From the NCBI RefSeq assembly GCF_006345805.1, contig NC_043022.1, positions 7,254,001 to 7,318,000 on the forward strand: a DNA stretch of 64,000 bases, given 5' to 3'. The notes under the pieces were generated by a model. That model worked only from the letters and a program-made list of their open reading frames with translations. It had not been told where the DNA came from and searched no databases. The position numbers were made by a program, and so were the translations under genes. This document shows, piece by piece, positions 12,821-25,946 of the stretch (its first letter is position 1; every line of letters starts with the position of its first letter). The DNA comes from Octopus sinensis. Taxonomy: Eukaryota.

Positions 12821-13150
12821 AAGATCACATGGCTAAATCTCGTAAAATACCAATTTGTTTATATATGTGTGTTTGTTTATATCTCATATAATTATATATG
12901 ATATATATATATAGTTATATATATATACACACTGGTTAAATCTCGTAAAATATACACAATTTATATTCTTTGATTATAGATATAGACATATACGGATAGG
13001 TAGATAGATAAGATTTTTTTTAGATGTTACGAGGAAAAGATGGAGAGACAAAGTGTGGTTAATTAAGGGTTAATTAAGATCAGATGTGTAGGTTTATCAT
13101 CATTATCATTATTATTATTATATTAACGGGGATTACTTACCAACAACACC

Positions 13151-13250
13151 NNNNNNNNNNNNNNNNNNNNNNNNNNNNNNNNNNNNNNNNNNNNNNNNNN
13201 NNNNNNNNNNNNNNNNNNNNNNNNNNNNNNNNNNNNNNNNNNNNNNNNNN
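13151..13250. other. Assembly gap (100 N)
   Basis: Run of N. Confidence 1.
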
Positions 13251-14598
13251 TATCAACACTTTAGCTGTCCCAGTTATAAGTTACAGCTACAATATCCTTA
13301 ACTGACACTAAATGAACTGACCAAAATAGATAGGAAAACAAGAAAAATAATGACAGGATCTAGGATGCATCACCCAAAATCTGACATAGAAAGGCTATAT
13401 ATATACGTATAGATGGTGGTAGAGGCCTTATACAGCTGAAAAACTACTATAAAATAACTACCATAGGACTGCAAAAATATCTACTTCAGAAGGTAGGAAA
13501 ACTGATACAAATAGCGGCAAAACACGAGCAAAACAAAAAACTGTTCTCAGTATTTAAGGACTGACAAATACAAACAAGAAATCATACCACCTAACAAATA
13601 TGAGAAGAAGAAGAAGAAGAAGAAGAAGAAGAAGAAGAAGAAGAAGAAGAAGAAGAAGAAGAAGAAGAAGAAGAAGAAGAAGAAGAAGAAGAAGAAGAAG
13701 AAGAAGAAGAAGAAGCTATAAAAACAAATGAAATCCAAACTAAAATAGAACAGCAACGAACCATGATAAAACGATGGCAAGAAAAGCCCCTTCATGGCAA
13801 ATACTGGACTAAACTAAATGCAAAAGAAATAGACAAAGAAAAATCCCAACAATGGTTGAGAAGCTCAGGACTCAAAGCAGAGACAGAAGGATTTTTAATT
13901 GCAGCACAAGACCAAAGCCTCCCCACCAGAAATTACCAAAAACATGTAATGAAAAGAAATATAACAAGTAACTGCAGAATATGTGGAGATGGACAAGAAA
14001 CAATAAATCATATCATCTCTGGCTGCCCAGTCCTGGCTAAGAAGGAATATATTCACATACACGACAGAGTTGGGACCTATATACACTGGAAGCTATGCCA
14101 ACATTATGGAATAACAACAGAAAAAAGATGGTATAGGAACACACCAGAAAAGGTCACAGAAAACGAGAACGCAACCATACTCTGGGATATGCCAATACAC
14201 ACAGATAGAGAAATTAAGGCCAAGAGACCAGATATTGTTGTCAGAGATTATGAAGAAAAAAATGTTTTCTAATTGATGTATCGCTACCAGCAGATGGCAA
14301 CGTGTCTCTAAAAGAAATGGAGAAACTTTCAAAATGCAAAGACCAGGAAATAAAGGTAACCAGAATGTGGAATCTAAAAACAGAAACAATTAGGCATGAT
14401 AAAAAATATTCAGACAAATACATAACAAAAACACCAGGACTTATAAACACATATAACATACAGAAAATTGCACTACTAGGCACTGCACACATCCTACGCA
14501 GAACACTTTCTATACAATAACCATCAGAGCATCGCAACAAATCACAGCACATACCCAAGGCACACAGAGCTGCGCTCGGTAGTGAATAATAATAATAA
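13251..14598 (+). mobile_element. R4/Dong-like RLE non-LTR retrotransposon, 3' part, decayed
   Basis: WQEKPLHGKY...LKAETEGFLIAAQDQ...CRICGDGQETINHIISGC (CCHC knuckle), RPDIVV (PD-D/ExK nuclease), IQKIALLGTAHILRRTL; ends in (TAA)n; internal (GAA)n at 13604-13715. Confidence 0.85.
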
Positions 14599-14599
14599 C

Positions 14600-16045
14600 C
14601 ACAAGAAAATACTAATCTGGGCATGGTGTGAATCGATTATAAGAAAGAGAATGACACGGTCCCCTTTTCCTGGATTTTAGAAAATCTTGAGCTGGTACAT
14701 GTGTCTGATAACATCAAATTTTATTAGGAGATCGATGAAAAACTGGAATACAGATTTAATTTCATGTAGAAAATTTTTGGCAAGGGTTAACATCATGAGA
14801 GGCAAATTTCAAGGAGATAGCCCATCACCATTGCTGTTTGTGGTTTGTATGATACCCCTCACACAGATATTACGGAAAGTGACATCGGGGTACACCTTGA
14901 AAATTGGAGGAAAATTAAATCATCTGTTATATATGGATGAATTAAAGACCTTTGGAAAAACTGAACGTGAAATAAATAGCCTAATTTCAACAGTACAGAT
15001 ATTCAGTATAGATGTCGGAATGGCATTAGTGACTAAAAGTGTGGTATGCTTATAATACAAAGAGGCAAAGTAGCGTCGGCTGATGGTGTAGAGTTACCCA
15101 ACGGCGAGAAAATCAAGGATATTGGGACTAATGGATATAAATATCTGGGGATTTTAGAATACGACAAAATCAAGGAAAGTGAAATGAAGGAAAGCTTTAG
15201 GCGAAAATATATCAGAAGAACCAAGTTAATTATGAGAAGTAGACTCAATGGAAAAAGCAAGATCAGGGCAATGGATACATGGAATGTTTCCTTAATGCGA
15301 TGCGGCACAGGAAATTTTAGATGGACAAAAAACGAACTTGAGGAAATGGGCAGGAAAATTAGAAACGTGATGAGAATTAACAAAGAACTACTGTATGAGA
15401 CTAGAAACAGGAGAGGAAGAGGTCTTATAGGATGCAAGATCTGTGTTGTCAACGAGAAGAACAGTCTGAGATGGTACATCAAACAGCAGAGTAAATCCTT
15501 GCTTGCTGCTGTTAGAATTAACAATAGAATACCTACCGAAAATGTGATACACCCACAAATATTTAAGAAACAGGATGAAGAAGAAAGAATAAACAACTGG
15601 AAAATGAAATCACTGCACGAGCAGTACCCCAGGGAAATCGAAGGAAAATACAAGACCAACACTTGGAGATGGCTAAAAAAAAAAAGTGACCTGAAAGGTT
15701 GCAATGAGACATTGATATGCAGCGCCCATGATCAGGCTTTGAGAACTAATTACACCAAGTTCCAAATAGATAAGAATAGCAAATCATCCATTTGTAGGAT
15801 GTGTGGCAAACGAAACAAATCTCAGTGAGTATAGCAATCTGGCCAAAAAGCACTACAAAAAGAGGCACGATAATTTGGCTAAGTTCCTCCCCTGGAGGCT
15901 ATGTGAAAAGTACGGACTCAACAGAGTACGGAAATGATACGAACATGATCCAGAAGAAGTCACCGAGAACAAGAAACTGTGGGATTTTTCAATCCAAAGT
16001 GACTCCCTAATCAAGGCTCGGAGGTCAGATATTGTTCAGGTAGAG
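14600..16045 (+). mobile_element. Second R4/Dong-like element (RT plus knuckle), decayed
   Basis: RGKFQGDSPSPLLF...LNHLLYMDELK, YKYLGILE, RGRGL, CRMCG; frameshifts and stops. Confidence 0.85.
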
Positions 16046-17569
16046 ACATGCGCTGTTTATCTTCATTTGTTGTGCACATATGGCTGTGATGCATGTAGCT
16101 AGTGTACCCTTACCAGACGGGTAGTCATGATGGGTATATTGAGCTTCGTATATTTGTACCCCTGTGTCACTTTAATTGCATACATTGCATAATAATAATA
16201 ATAATAAAAATAATGGCTTCAAATTTTAGCACGAGGCCAGCAATTTCGGGGAAGGGGCAAGTCGATTACATTGACCCCGGTGCTCAACTGGTACTTATTT
16301 TATCGACCCCGTAAGGGAGTGTCGTTTAAAATACATTAAACAGTGGACCTCGTGGGAGGAAATACTACTACTATTACTACTGCTGCTGCTGGTGGTAGCA
16401 GTAGTAGTTTGTAATTCTTGGGCATAAAGACAGGAGTTTTTGAGGGACGGGAATTTATCGATGACACGTATTTCAGTACTTGATTTCCAGTACTTTATCG
16501 ACCCTGAAAGGGTGAAAGGCAAAAGTGGCTTCGGTGGGATTTGAACTCAAAATATCAAGAGCCAGAACGAGTACCACAACGTATTTTGACCGATGCTCCT
16601 CCGATTCTGCCATTCGTCTGGAATGGGAAGACTTTAGCACCAAAGAATACTCAAAGCAAAATGGTGTAACGAATTTATTTTCGACCCATTCCTGTTTGAA
16701 CAGTGAAGTGGAAAGGACTTCATGTGTTTGTATCTTTTGCTCGTTTCGGGCATTAGACTGAGGCCATGCTGGAGCACTAACCTAAAAAATTCTTAGTCGA
16801 ACCAATCGATCTAAGTACATATTTTTAGAAGAATGATTTATATTTTATCGGTCTCTTTTGCGGAACCGCTAGTTTACGGGGACATAAACAAACCAACACA
16901 GTTTTTAAGTGGTGGTAAGGGACAAACTCAGGCACAAAGACCCGTACTATGTATGTGTATGTGTGTGTGCATGTATGTGCGTATGTATGAGTGTGTGTGT
17001 GTTTGTATATGTGTGTGCGTATATATATATGTGTGTGTGTGTGTATAAAAAACATATATGATGAGCTTCTTTCAGTTTCCGTTTACTAGATGCACTCGCG
17101 AGGCTTTGGTCGGCCCGAGTCTACAATAGAAGACATCATAGGTGTCCCGCAGTGGGACTGAACCTGGAACCACGTTGTTGGCAAGCAACCACATATTTGA
17201 TTGGCCCAAAAGTGTTTTTGTACAAAGGAATATTGTGTGTAATTTTGATATAATCGCACACGTGTATGTATGTACCGCATATAAGATAACACTTTTTTTC
17301 TTCTTAATTCGCAAAGTATCCGTTCCTTGAGAATTAGTTGAGAAATACAGAGCGAAATGTTGTTGATAAAGCTGTTGGTCATAGATTGCGGGTGGCAGGA
17401 CTATTTGTTGACACTGTCGCACAGGGATTACTGTGAGAATATTTGAGAGTTAGTAGCTGTGAGTGGGTACTTTAAGTGCCATCTTCTTGGAAAAGAGACA
17501 GAAGTTTGTTTGGATTCGAAGTGTGTTGCTTGGGTTGTGAATTTGTATAAGTTTGTCTATAGATACATA

Positions 17570-17650
<81 letters not shown>

Positions 17651-17967
17651 TTGAAAAAATGAGTAGAGATGGCTTTTGGGGGGATAATTTTTATTTTTAT
17701 GATAATGTTTATAGTTCCTCTGAGTTTCGAGCTTTTCGAAAGCCGTTTTCAAACTGAAATTCTGTGGTTTCGAATGTTGTTTACGTGGCAAAAGTTTTTT
17801 TCTCTCAAGTACACAAACAGAAAAGCAGAAAATAAGATAGAAAAAATAAATACATAAATAAAAAAGAGTGTAAAAATATAATATAAGAATAATATAAAAA
17901 ATAAAAGAATATTAAGAAATATTGAATTTCTAAATCTTTCGTAGAGACATGTACGGTGGTGGGGCGA

Positions 17968-18192
17968 TAGAATGGTTGTATACTGTCAATCTAACAAGAA
18001 CGTGACAGTAGGGGGTACACCACCGCTGTATAGCCCTAGGAAGCATCGAACGCCTCCTGATAGCTTTGAGAAAGCTATCAGGAGGCTGTGTCAAAGCTAT
18101 CAGGAGGCGTTCGATGCTTCCTAGGGCTATACAGCGGTGGTGTACCCCCTACTGTCACGTTCTTGTTAGATTGACAGTATACAACCATTCTA
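17968..18192. repeat. Perfect inverted repeat, 102-bp arms
   Basis: 17968-18069 is the reverse complement of 18091-18192; the 21-nt spacer repeats aaagctatcaggaggc. Confidence 0.95.
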
Positions 18193-18199
18193 AAAGAAT

Positions 18200-18505
18200 A
18201 TTCTTTTATTCTTTTACTTGTTTCAGTCATTTGACAGCGGCCATGCTGGAGCGCCGGCTTTAGTCGAAGGAATCGACCCCGGGACTTATTCCTTGTAAGC
18301 CTTAGTACTTATTTCACCAGAATATTTGGCTGAACCGCTAAGTTACGGGGACGTAAACACACTAACATCAGTTGTCAAGCAATGATTGGATGACAAACGC
18401 ACACACACATACACACACATGCGCGCGCGCGCACATACACATATATACGTCGTGCTTCTCTTAGCTTCCCTCTACCAAATCCACTCACAAAGCTTTGGTC
18501 GGTCC
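18200..18505 (-). mobile_element. SINE family A, lacking its head
   Basis: Tail and body present; shares private variants with 19413-19670 (+). Confidence 0.85.
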
Positions 18506-18866
18506 GAAGAATGCTGCTGCTGTATGCGATAGTATTCGAAGAGCAACGACTTCCGGGTCATCTCTACTAAACATCACCATTCTGTCCTATCATATTTTTG
18601 TTTACTGCTTGTGTTGCATATTACACGCCTTTTTTTTTTTTTTTTTTTTGCTTTTCGATCGCCTCTATGTACATTGATATTTTCCCCACTCGTACAAAAA
18701 GCGATCGAAAAGCATCAAAAAAACAAAAACAAAGAAAAACAAAGCGTGTGATATAAAACACAGGCAGTAAACAAAAATATTATAGAACAGAATGGTGACA
18801 TTTAGTAGAGATGACCCGGAAGTCGTTGCTCTTCGAATACTATCGCATACAGCAGCAGCTTTCTTC
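18506..18866. repeat. Imperfect inverted repeat, arms of about 165 bp
   Basis: gctgctgctgtatgcgatagtattcgaagagcaacgacttccgggtcatctctactaaa... and its reverse complement ending at 18866. Confidence 0.9.
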
Positions 18867-19062
18867 AGCTGAACACACGTCGTTGATTGGTTAAAATTAC
18901 CCAAATATGACAACTTTAACACGAAATAACTTCTAGAATACGAAATTTTGTCAAAAATGTTAAAAGTAAACCGTGCTCAGCGTGAGAAATTATACCAGTA
19001 TACAAAGTTTCAAACTGTTTAGTTAAAAAATAATAAAAATCTGTTCTGTGATTGATGCATAA

Positions 19063-19103
<41 letters not shown>

Positions 19104-19310
19104 TGTGTGTGTGTGTGTGTGTATTGAATGCATCAATCACTGAACTGGAGATACATCAAGATTCCTGCGTCCTTAGATTGATGACGGATTAGGAAACTTA
19201 GGTGCTAGAAGCGTTTTTAATTTCAAGACAATGCTCCAGCATGGCCACACTCCAAGACTGAAAGATGTAAAAGAATTAAAGGATATATCTCTGTATGTAT
19301 ATGCATACAT

Positions 19311-19350
<40 letters not shown>

Positions 19351-19412
19351 ACACACACACACAGATACACATACTGAGATACACACTCACAGACCACGTA
19401 AGTGTGTGTGCA

Positions 19413-19670
19413 TAGGCGCAGGAGTGGCTGTGTGGTAAGAAGCTTGCTTCCCAACCACATGGTTCCGGGTTCAGTCCCACTGCGTGGCACCTTGGGCAAG
19501 TGTCTTCTACCATAACCTTGGACCGACCAAAGCTTTGTGAGTGGATTTGGTAGAGGGAAGCTAAGAGAAGCACGACGTATATATGTGTATGTGTGTATGT
19601 GTGTGTGTGTGTTTGTCATCCAACCATTGCTTGACAACTGATGTTAGTGTGTTTACGTCCCCGTAACTTA
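19413..19670 (+). mobile_element. SINE family A, tail missing
   Basis: ggcgcaggagtggctgtgtggtaag head and B box. Confidence 0.85.
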
Positions 19671-19688
19671 TTATTTATATTTAAGTTG

Positions 19689-19689
<1 letters not shown>

Positions 19690-19735
<46 letters not shown>

Positions 19736-19960
19736 ATTATAATTATTATTATTATTCTATGTTTGACTTTTGCTTTATATTTGTACAAGTTGGCTCCAAG
19801 TCTCACCCAGAGACCTCAAGAGACAACAGGTTGGAAGTTCATGTTGTTGTTATGCCTAGTGTGCCATATATTTGGGGGGGGGGAGTTTTTGGTGTTGTAC
19901 TAATGAATGTCTAAAAAAAAAGAAAAAAAAATTATTGTTATTATTATTATTATTATTATT

Positions 19961-19993
<33 letters not shown>

Positions 19994-20049
19994 ATTTTTA
20001 CTACTACTACCACCACCACCACCACCACCACTACTACTGTTGTTGTTGC

Positions 20050-20099
<50 letters not shown>

Positions 20100-20105
20100 T
20101 TGTTA
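19690..20105 (-). mobile_element. R4/Dong-like 3' UTR fragment (about 19755-19915) within a compound TTA/TTG/CTA/CCA microsatellite
   Basis: Near identical to 55413-55575, which adjoins a Dong-like C-terminus; (TTA)n on both sides. Confidence 0.7.
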
Positions 20106-20347
20106 TTTACGTAGTGAGCTGGCAGAATCCTTAGCACACAGATTTGCGGCATTTCGTCCGTCTTTACGTTCTCCGCTCAAATTTCACTGATATTTGCATG
20201 TCTATGGGATCCTACCAGTACTTGATCCATTCCACGTTTCTTTATTTCACTGTCAACTCTCTTATCGCACTTACTCATTTCTGGCTGTCGCACCAGTTGA
20301 TGTACTTCGATTCTTTTGAATTCATAGAATAAAATCTTAAATGTATG

Positions 20348-20400
<53 letters not shown>

Positions 20401-20635
20401 AAGAATGACGTGTTTCTGTGTCCGGACGTGTGGGCGAGAACCTGTCTCGATTGGTGGTTTTATTGTTCGAGTGTTTGAGTCCATTTCTCATGGAGCGTAT
20501 TCAAACAGTCACTCAGTAGTGACTATATGTGTATCTGTGTGTGGATAGGTTTTATATACGTCAACACTGAATTTTATGAGCATATTAATATATACGTGTG
20601 TGTGTATATAATATGTATATATATATATATTATAT

Positions 20636-20773
20636 AACGTAAGGTGTACTAGCCATCTGAATGTGGCTAGCCACTGGGGTGGGGTGTTACTGATGTGCTT
20701 TTAGCCCCAGGCGATCAGTAACACCCCACCCCCAGTGGCTAGCCACATTCAGATGGCTAGTACACCTTACGTT
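20636..20773. repeat. Near-perfect inverted repeat, arms of about 59 bp
   Basis: aacgtaaggtgtactagccatctgaatgtggctagccactgggg...gttactgat / atcagtaac...tacaccttacgtt. Confidence 0.9.
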
Positions 20774-20845
20774 GTCGAGCGGTTACTGTTTATATCTCGT
20801 TCAGAGATTTATTATGTTATATATATATATATATTTCCCCACACT

Positions 20846-20876
<31 letters not shown>

Positions 20877-21559
20877 GGACATACATCTATGCACCACATA
20901 TATACACACATACTCACATACATTCATCGGACACACTGCCACCCCACATACACACAGACACACTCACACATCCACACACATACATACTTACGCGCATACT
21001 CGCAGGCGCGCGCACACACGCGCTTGCGCCGGTTCGCGCACGCATACGCGCCGCATGCACCTCGCTCTTGGACCCGACGAGACCTCCCGCCCGTTCCTGG
21101 GACCGTCGCTTGTCGTTGGGTTTTCCCACGCCCGTCTCCGCGGGACCACTCTTCCATCTTCCCCTCAGCTGGAGTCCTTTTTCCTTAACCCCCCCTTTTT
21201 CGTTACACACACGCGCACACATATACACACATTGCTTAAATATATACATTACTCTTACACACATTCAATCTACTCGCCATTAATACTACCACGACACTGG
21301 ACACACACACACTACTACTCAACACACACACGCTGGCACGCTACATACGCCCCCCCCACCCTTCCCCTCCCTCCCTTTCTCCTTCCTTCTTTTCTTACTA
21401 CTGACCTTTGTCTGCTATGCTGACCACTGTCTCGCCCTACCTCACACGCCTACACACAGACGCACACACTAACACATACATATATTTTTTGTTTTTTTAT
21501 CTCGCCTCACACACACACATACACACACGCACACGCACACACTCACACATCCACACACA

Positions 21560-21855
21560 TCTGTTGCGTTACCAACCTTGTCTCCACTCTTTTGCCTTTA
21601 AAACCTACTTTGCTCTTGTTATCGTAAACTTCCGCCGTTCACCATGTGTAACTCGTAAACACCAGTCGTTTTTTTCTCTCTATCCCTGTTGCCCGCTTTG
21701 GGATCTTTTTTCCTCTCTCTCCTTCTTTATGTTTCCGACGAAGAGCTCCGCTCGAAACGTCATACCTCCCTGCTTCCATTTCCTGAGCGCCTATTATAAT
21801 AATACTGTAATTGTTCCATTTTTTGTTGTTTTTTTTTGTTTTTCCCGTTTGGATT

Positions 21856-21860
<5 letters not shown>
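21560..21860 (+). mobile_element. Putative Penelope-like terminal repeat fragment with a degenerate hammerhead
   Basis: gttt-CCGACGA-a-gagc-tcc-gctc-GAAA-c-gtc-atac; the downstream ttcctgagcgcct...ttttcccgtttggattaa is repeated at about 26385-26478. The Penelope assignment is inferred from the known PLE-hammerhead association. Confidence 0.55.
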
Positions 21861-21887
<27 letters not shown>

Positions 21888-22036
21888 TACACATACATAT
21901 GTGTGATTATATAACTTATATATGAATGTATATATACGCATATCTGCACACGCACAAATACATATATACATACATACATACATACATACATACATACTAC
22001 ATACATACATACATACATACATACATACATACATAA

Positions 22037-22372
22037 AGGGTAAAGACCCCCTTCGGTCATGAATGACCATGGGATTGCACCTAGAAAGTTACTCTCCTAG
22101 ACACAAGTCCGGGCAAGGTTGTTTATGGAAGACCAGCAGTCGCCCATGCATACCAGCCTCCCCTCTCCACGCCACCAGTGTTATCCAAGGGAAAGGCAAA
22201 GGTCGATACAGCTTGGCACCAGTGACGTCGCAACTCATTTCTACAGCTGAGTGAACTGGAGCAACGTGAAATAAAGTGCCTTGCTCAAGAACACAACACG
22301 CAGCCCGGTTCGGGATTCGAACTCACAACCTCACGATCGTAAGCTCGACGCTCTAACCACTGAGCCATGCGC
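22037..22372 (-). mobile_element. tRNA-derived SINE family C (CORE-like central part)
   Basis: Reverse complement gcgcatggctcagtggttagagcg...gagttcgaatcc, then tgtgttcttgagcaaggcactttatttcacgttgctccag; relatives at 30545-30865, 51868-52170 and 60975-61200. Confidence 0.8.
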
Positions 22373-22413
22373 ATACATACATACATGCATACATACATAC
22401 ATACATACATACA

Positions 22414-22444
<31 letters not shown>

Positions 22445-22494
22445 TTCTATGTATTACGTCAAAGTTTCCCTCTTGGCTGGTGTGTCCATATATG

Positions 22495-22545
<51 letters not shown>

Positions 22546-22549
<4 letters not shown>

Positions 22550-22692
22550 CTTTACTACCCACGAGGGGCTAAACACAGAGAGGACAAACAAGGACAGACA
22601 AACAGATTAAGTCGATTATATCGACTCCAATGCGTAACTGGTACTTATTTAATCGACCCCGAAAGGATGAAAGGCTAAGTCGACCTCGGCGG
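22546..22692 (-). mobile_element. SINE family B, 3' half
   Basis: Matches the reverse complement of 5055-5202. Confidence 0.8.
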
Positions 22693-23448
22693 AAAAAATC
22701 CGTTCTGTCTGTCTGTCTGTGTGTCCTCTAGGATCTCGGGCATCCTCCATCCGATTGCGCTCAGATGTGATATGTAGATACTAACGGTATCCGGGCGTGT
22801 ATAAGTCTTGAAAAAATTACAAAATTCGATTCCAGGTGAGAATGTGATCGATAAAGTCGTGGGAACGTGCATTTGTACGCACAAGTATATCAGCTGCTAC
22901 GATCGATTTTCCAACTAGATTTACCTCCAGCTAACCCATTTGCCTGCATTGTTTTTGTCCTGCTTTTCTTCCGTCATAACTGCACCTTCCATTTTTTGTT
23001 GTTTTTGTACTGCTTAAAGGCACGTTTCTTTCCTGCCAAGCTTACTATTTAAACCATGTTTGTGTTCTCCCAGTCAACAGCCTTATCATTACTGGTACTT
23101 TAAACTCTTCGGTTGCATATTTGTTTGAATAAAATCGTTTTTCTTTGGAATAGAAAAGAAAGTCTATCTTTATTTCTTCTTTTGCTGGTGCCTCAAATTT
23201 AGGTTAAATCAGTGTTTCTCAAAGGGGAGGCCTATGGGACGGTCGGACAATTTGTTTTGAGAAAATTTGGTTTAAATGTTTGACAACTCAGCACCGTTCA
23301 TTGGACGGGGGGGGGGATTGCTCGTGTATATATATATACACACACACATACACACATAAATGCATGTAGAAACGCAAGGGTGTTTGTGTGTGTAAATGTG
23401 TATATATACAATGTATGCCTATGCACATATATATCGTATATATATATA

Positions 23449-23499
<51 letters not shown>

Positions 23500-23532
23500 T
23501 CTAGATAGGCATATTCATATATTACATGCACT

Positions 23533-25946
23533 GATGACCGTCCACTCGTGACCGAGGAAGACCATTGCCGACCTTCAGGAACATTGTGCGCTCAAGGACT
23601 AACTTATATTTTGCATTTGCGGCTCCGTTGGTGGCTAATGAGCCCTGCTCCTGACAAGCATACACGACTGCAAACATTGCAGACCAAGCTTTCCTCATTC
23701 ACTATACGAGCCGTGCGCTTCGCGCAGCTCGCTTAAGTTTTTCATGCTGGATACGTGCTCTCTCAAAAGTGTCTGTGGCGATGACAGGCATTGTTCTCCC
23801 AGTCCTTAAATCGCAGCCTTGGTTTCTACCGGACTCTCCTTTCATTCACAAGTTCTCCATAGAGCATCTGCTTAGGAATCCTTCTATCCTTCATTCTAAT
23901 AAGGTGTCCAGTCCAACGCAACCGGTGCCTGTGCACCATCGCCTCAATTCTCAAGATATCAGCTGTCCTCAGGACCTGTGTGTCTGGAATTTTTGAGGTC
24001 CAGCCAATATTGATGAAAGCGTTCAAGGACCCTTACCTGACGTTTGTACAGAGTCCATGTCTCACATGAGTAGAGGAGCGATGTCAGTACACATGCACGG
24101 TACACAGCAACTTTTGTTCGTCTTGCGATGCCATGTTGGGACCAGACACGAGACTGAAGAGACCGGAAGGAATTAGTTGCTCTCTGCAACCTGAAAGATA
24201 TTTCCTCATCCAGGGAGCAAGAACGGCTGAGTGTGCTGCCCAGGTAGACAAACTTGTCTACTACCTTCAGAATTGTTCCTTCAACCAAGAAAGCTGGTTC
24301 TATATATGGATTTCCTGGTGCAGGCTGGAACATTACAACAGTCTTGTCCAGGCTAATGCTGAATCCAAACCTTTGAATTGGCAGCAAATCGGCGAAGATT
24401 AAAGAGGCAGCCAGAAGATCGATATCTGACATATATTCCCAGAGAGCTAACCTTAGCAAAAGCATGAGTAAAAGCAGCAGCAAAGTACAAAGAAAAGAGA
24501 GTTGGGGCAAGGATGTCACCCTGCTTGACACCATTCTCTACAGGAATGGGTCCCGCAATGGTACCACCAACATTGACCCAAGCCTCCATCCCATCATGAA
24601 ATGATTTAATTATAGATACAAAGTGATCCGGACATCAAAGTTTGCCAAGTATTTTCCATAGAAAGGCCATATTTACAGTTTCAAAGGCCTTAGTTAAATC
24701 AAGAATACCTGGACAAGATCCATATTCTGCTCATAGCACTTCTCCTGCATCTGTCTTGCTGTGAAAATTATATGCATTGTCCCTCTACCAGATCGGAAGC
24801 CATTTTGAGATTCAGATAGGGAATCATTCACGAGACATCCATTCAGACGGGTAAGAAGAATATTTGCTAGAACCTTGCAACTGCTGATAATAGAGCAATA
24901 CCTCTGTAGTTACCACACATTGTTCTGGCTCCATTTTCTTTATATAGAAGAATAATAATTGCATCCTTCCAGTCCTTAGGGTTTGCACCATCCCTCCAGA
25001 CTGCACTAATAAGTTCATGAAGGGACTGTGTGATGTAATTACCACCAAATCGCAAGACCTCAGCACAGATTCCATCCTTTCCAGGTGCCCTTGCAAGCAC
25101 TCATTTTGTGCACAAAGGTGATCGAACAAAAACATGGATGCATCCAAGGTCCAAAGTTTGGCACTTGCTGGATTATGTCATCATCCGGAAGCGCGACATT
25201 TATGACATCTATAATGTCAAGTCCTTGCATGGATCAGAATGCTGGACAGACCACAGTCTGGTGCGAGCAAAGTTCCGAATGGTGATTAGGGCGAAAGTGA
25301 GAAGAGGACCAGTCAGCATTCCTCGCCGTCTAAATGTCCACAAGGTATATGATGTTGTGGTTAGGAAAGAGCTTCAGACTCACTTGTCCAGCATTGAAAC
25401 TGCTGCAGCATGGGAAGATTTTCGAGACCAGTTTGTTCAATGTGCAGCCAAAAAACTGGGGTATGTTACTGCCAGACACAGAGACTGGTTTGATGAGAAT
25501 GAAGCTGAAATTCAACGACTATTAGTAGTAAAGCGCCATGCCTATAGTGTGCTGCTGCACAGAGAACTGTCTGCTGTGCAGCGAAATCTAGCACTTGCCC
25601 ACTATAACAGTGTAAAATCACTACTGCAGCGATCTCTCAGGAATATGCAGAACACTTGGTGGGAGGATCTTGCTCGTGATGTTCAGGCTGCTGCTGATGC
25701 AAATGACAGCAAGAAGCTTTACCATCTTATAAAGCGAGCTTATGGACCTAAGAGCTCCACATCAGCTCCTTTGCTTTCCAAGGAGTCTTCCACTATGTTT
25801 ACTAAATCAATAGAAATCACAGGTCGCTGGATCGAACACTTCTCTGAACTCCTAAACCATGAGTCAGTTGTGGATGAAACAGTGATTGATACAATGCAAC
25901 AAAGACCTATCATTGGCTCCTTAGACTCTTCGCCCTCAATAAGTAA
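23533..25946 (-). mobile_element. RTE LINE, 5'-truncated with inverted 5' segment, flanked by a 12-bp TSD
   Basis: Minus 23533-25110: APGKDGICAE, NYRGIALLS, NGVKQGDILAPTLF, FVYLGS, RLRWTGHLIRM. Plus 25110-25946: KTWMHPRSKVWHLLDYVI...CWTDHSLV (end of APE endonuclease) plus linker. TSD attacatgcact (23521-23532) / attatatgcact (25947-25958). Confidence 0.88.

Noticed and set aside
22300-22372. tRNA gene (also heads at about 51868 and of SINE A/B)
   Set aside because: A and B boxes are present but there is no convincing acceptor stem, and the sequence continues into a SINE body.
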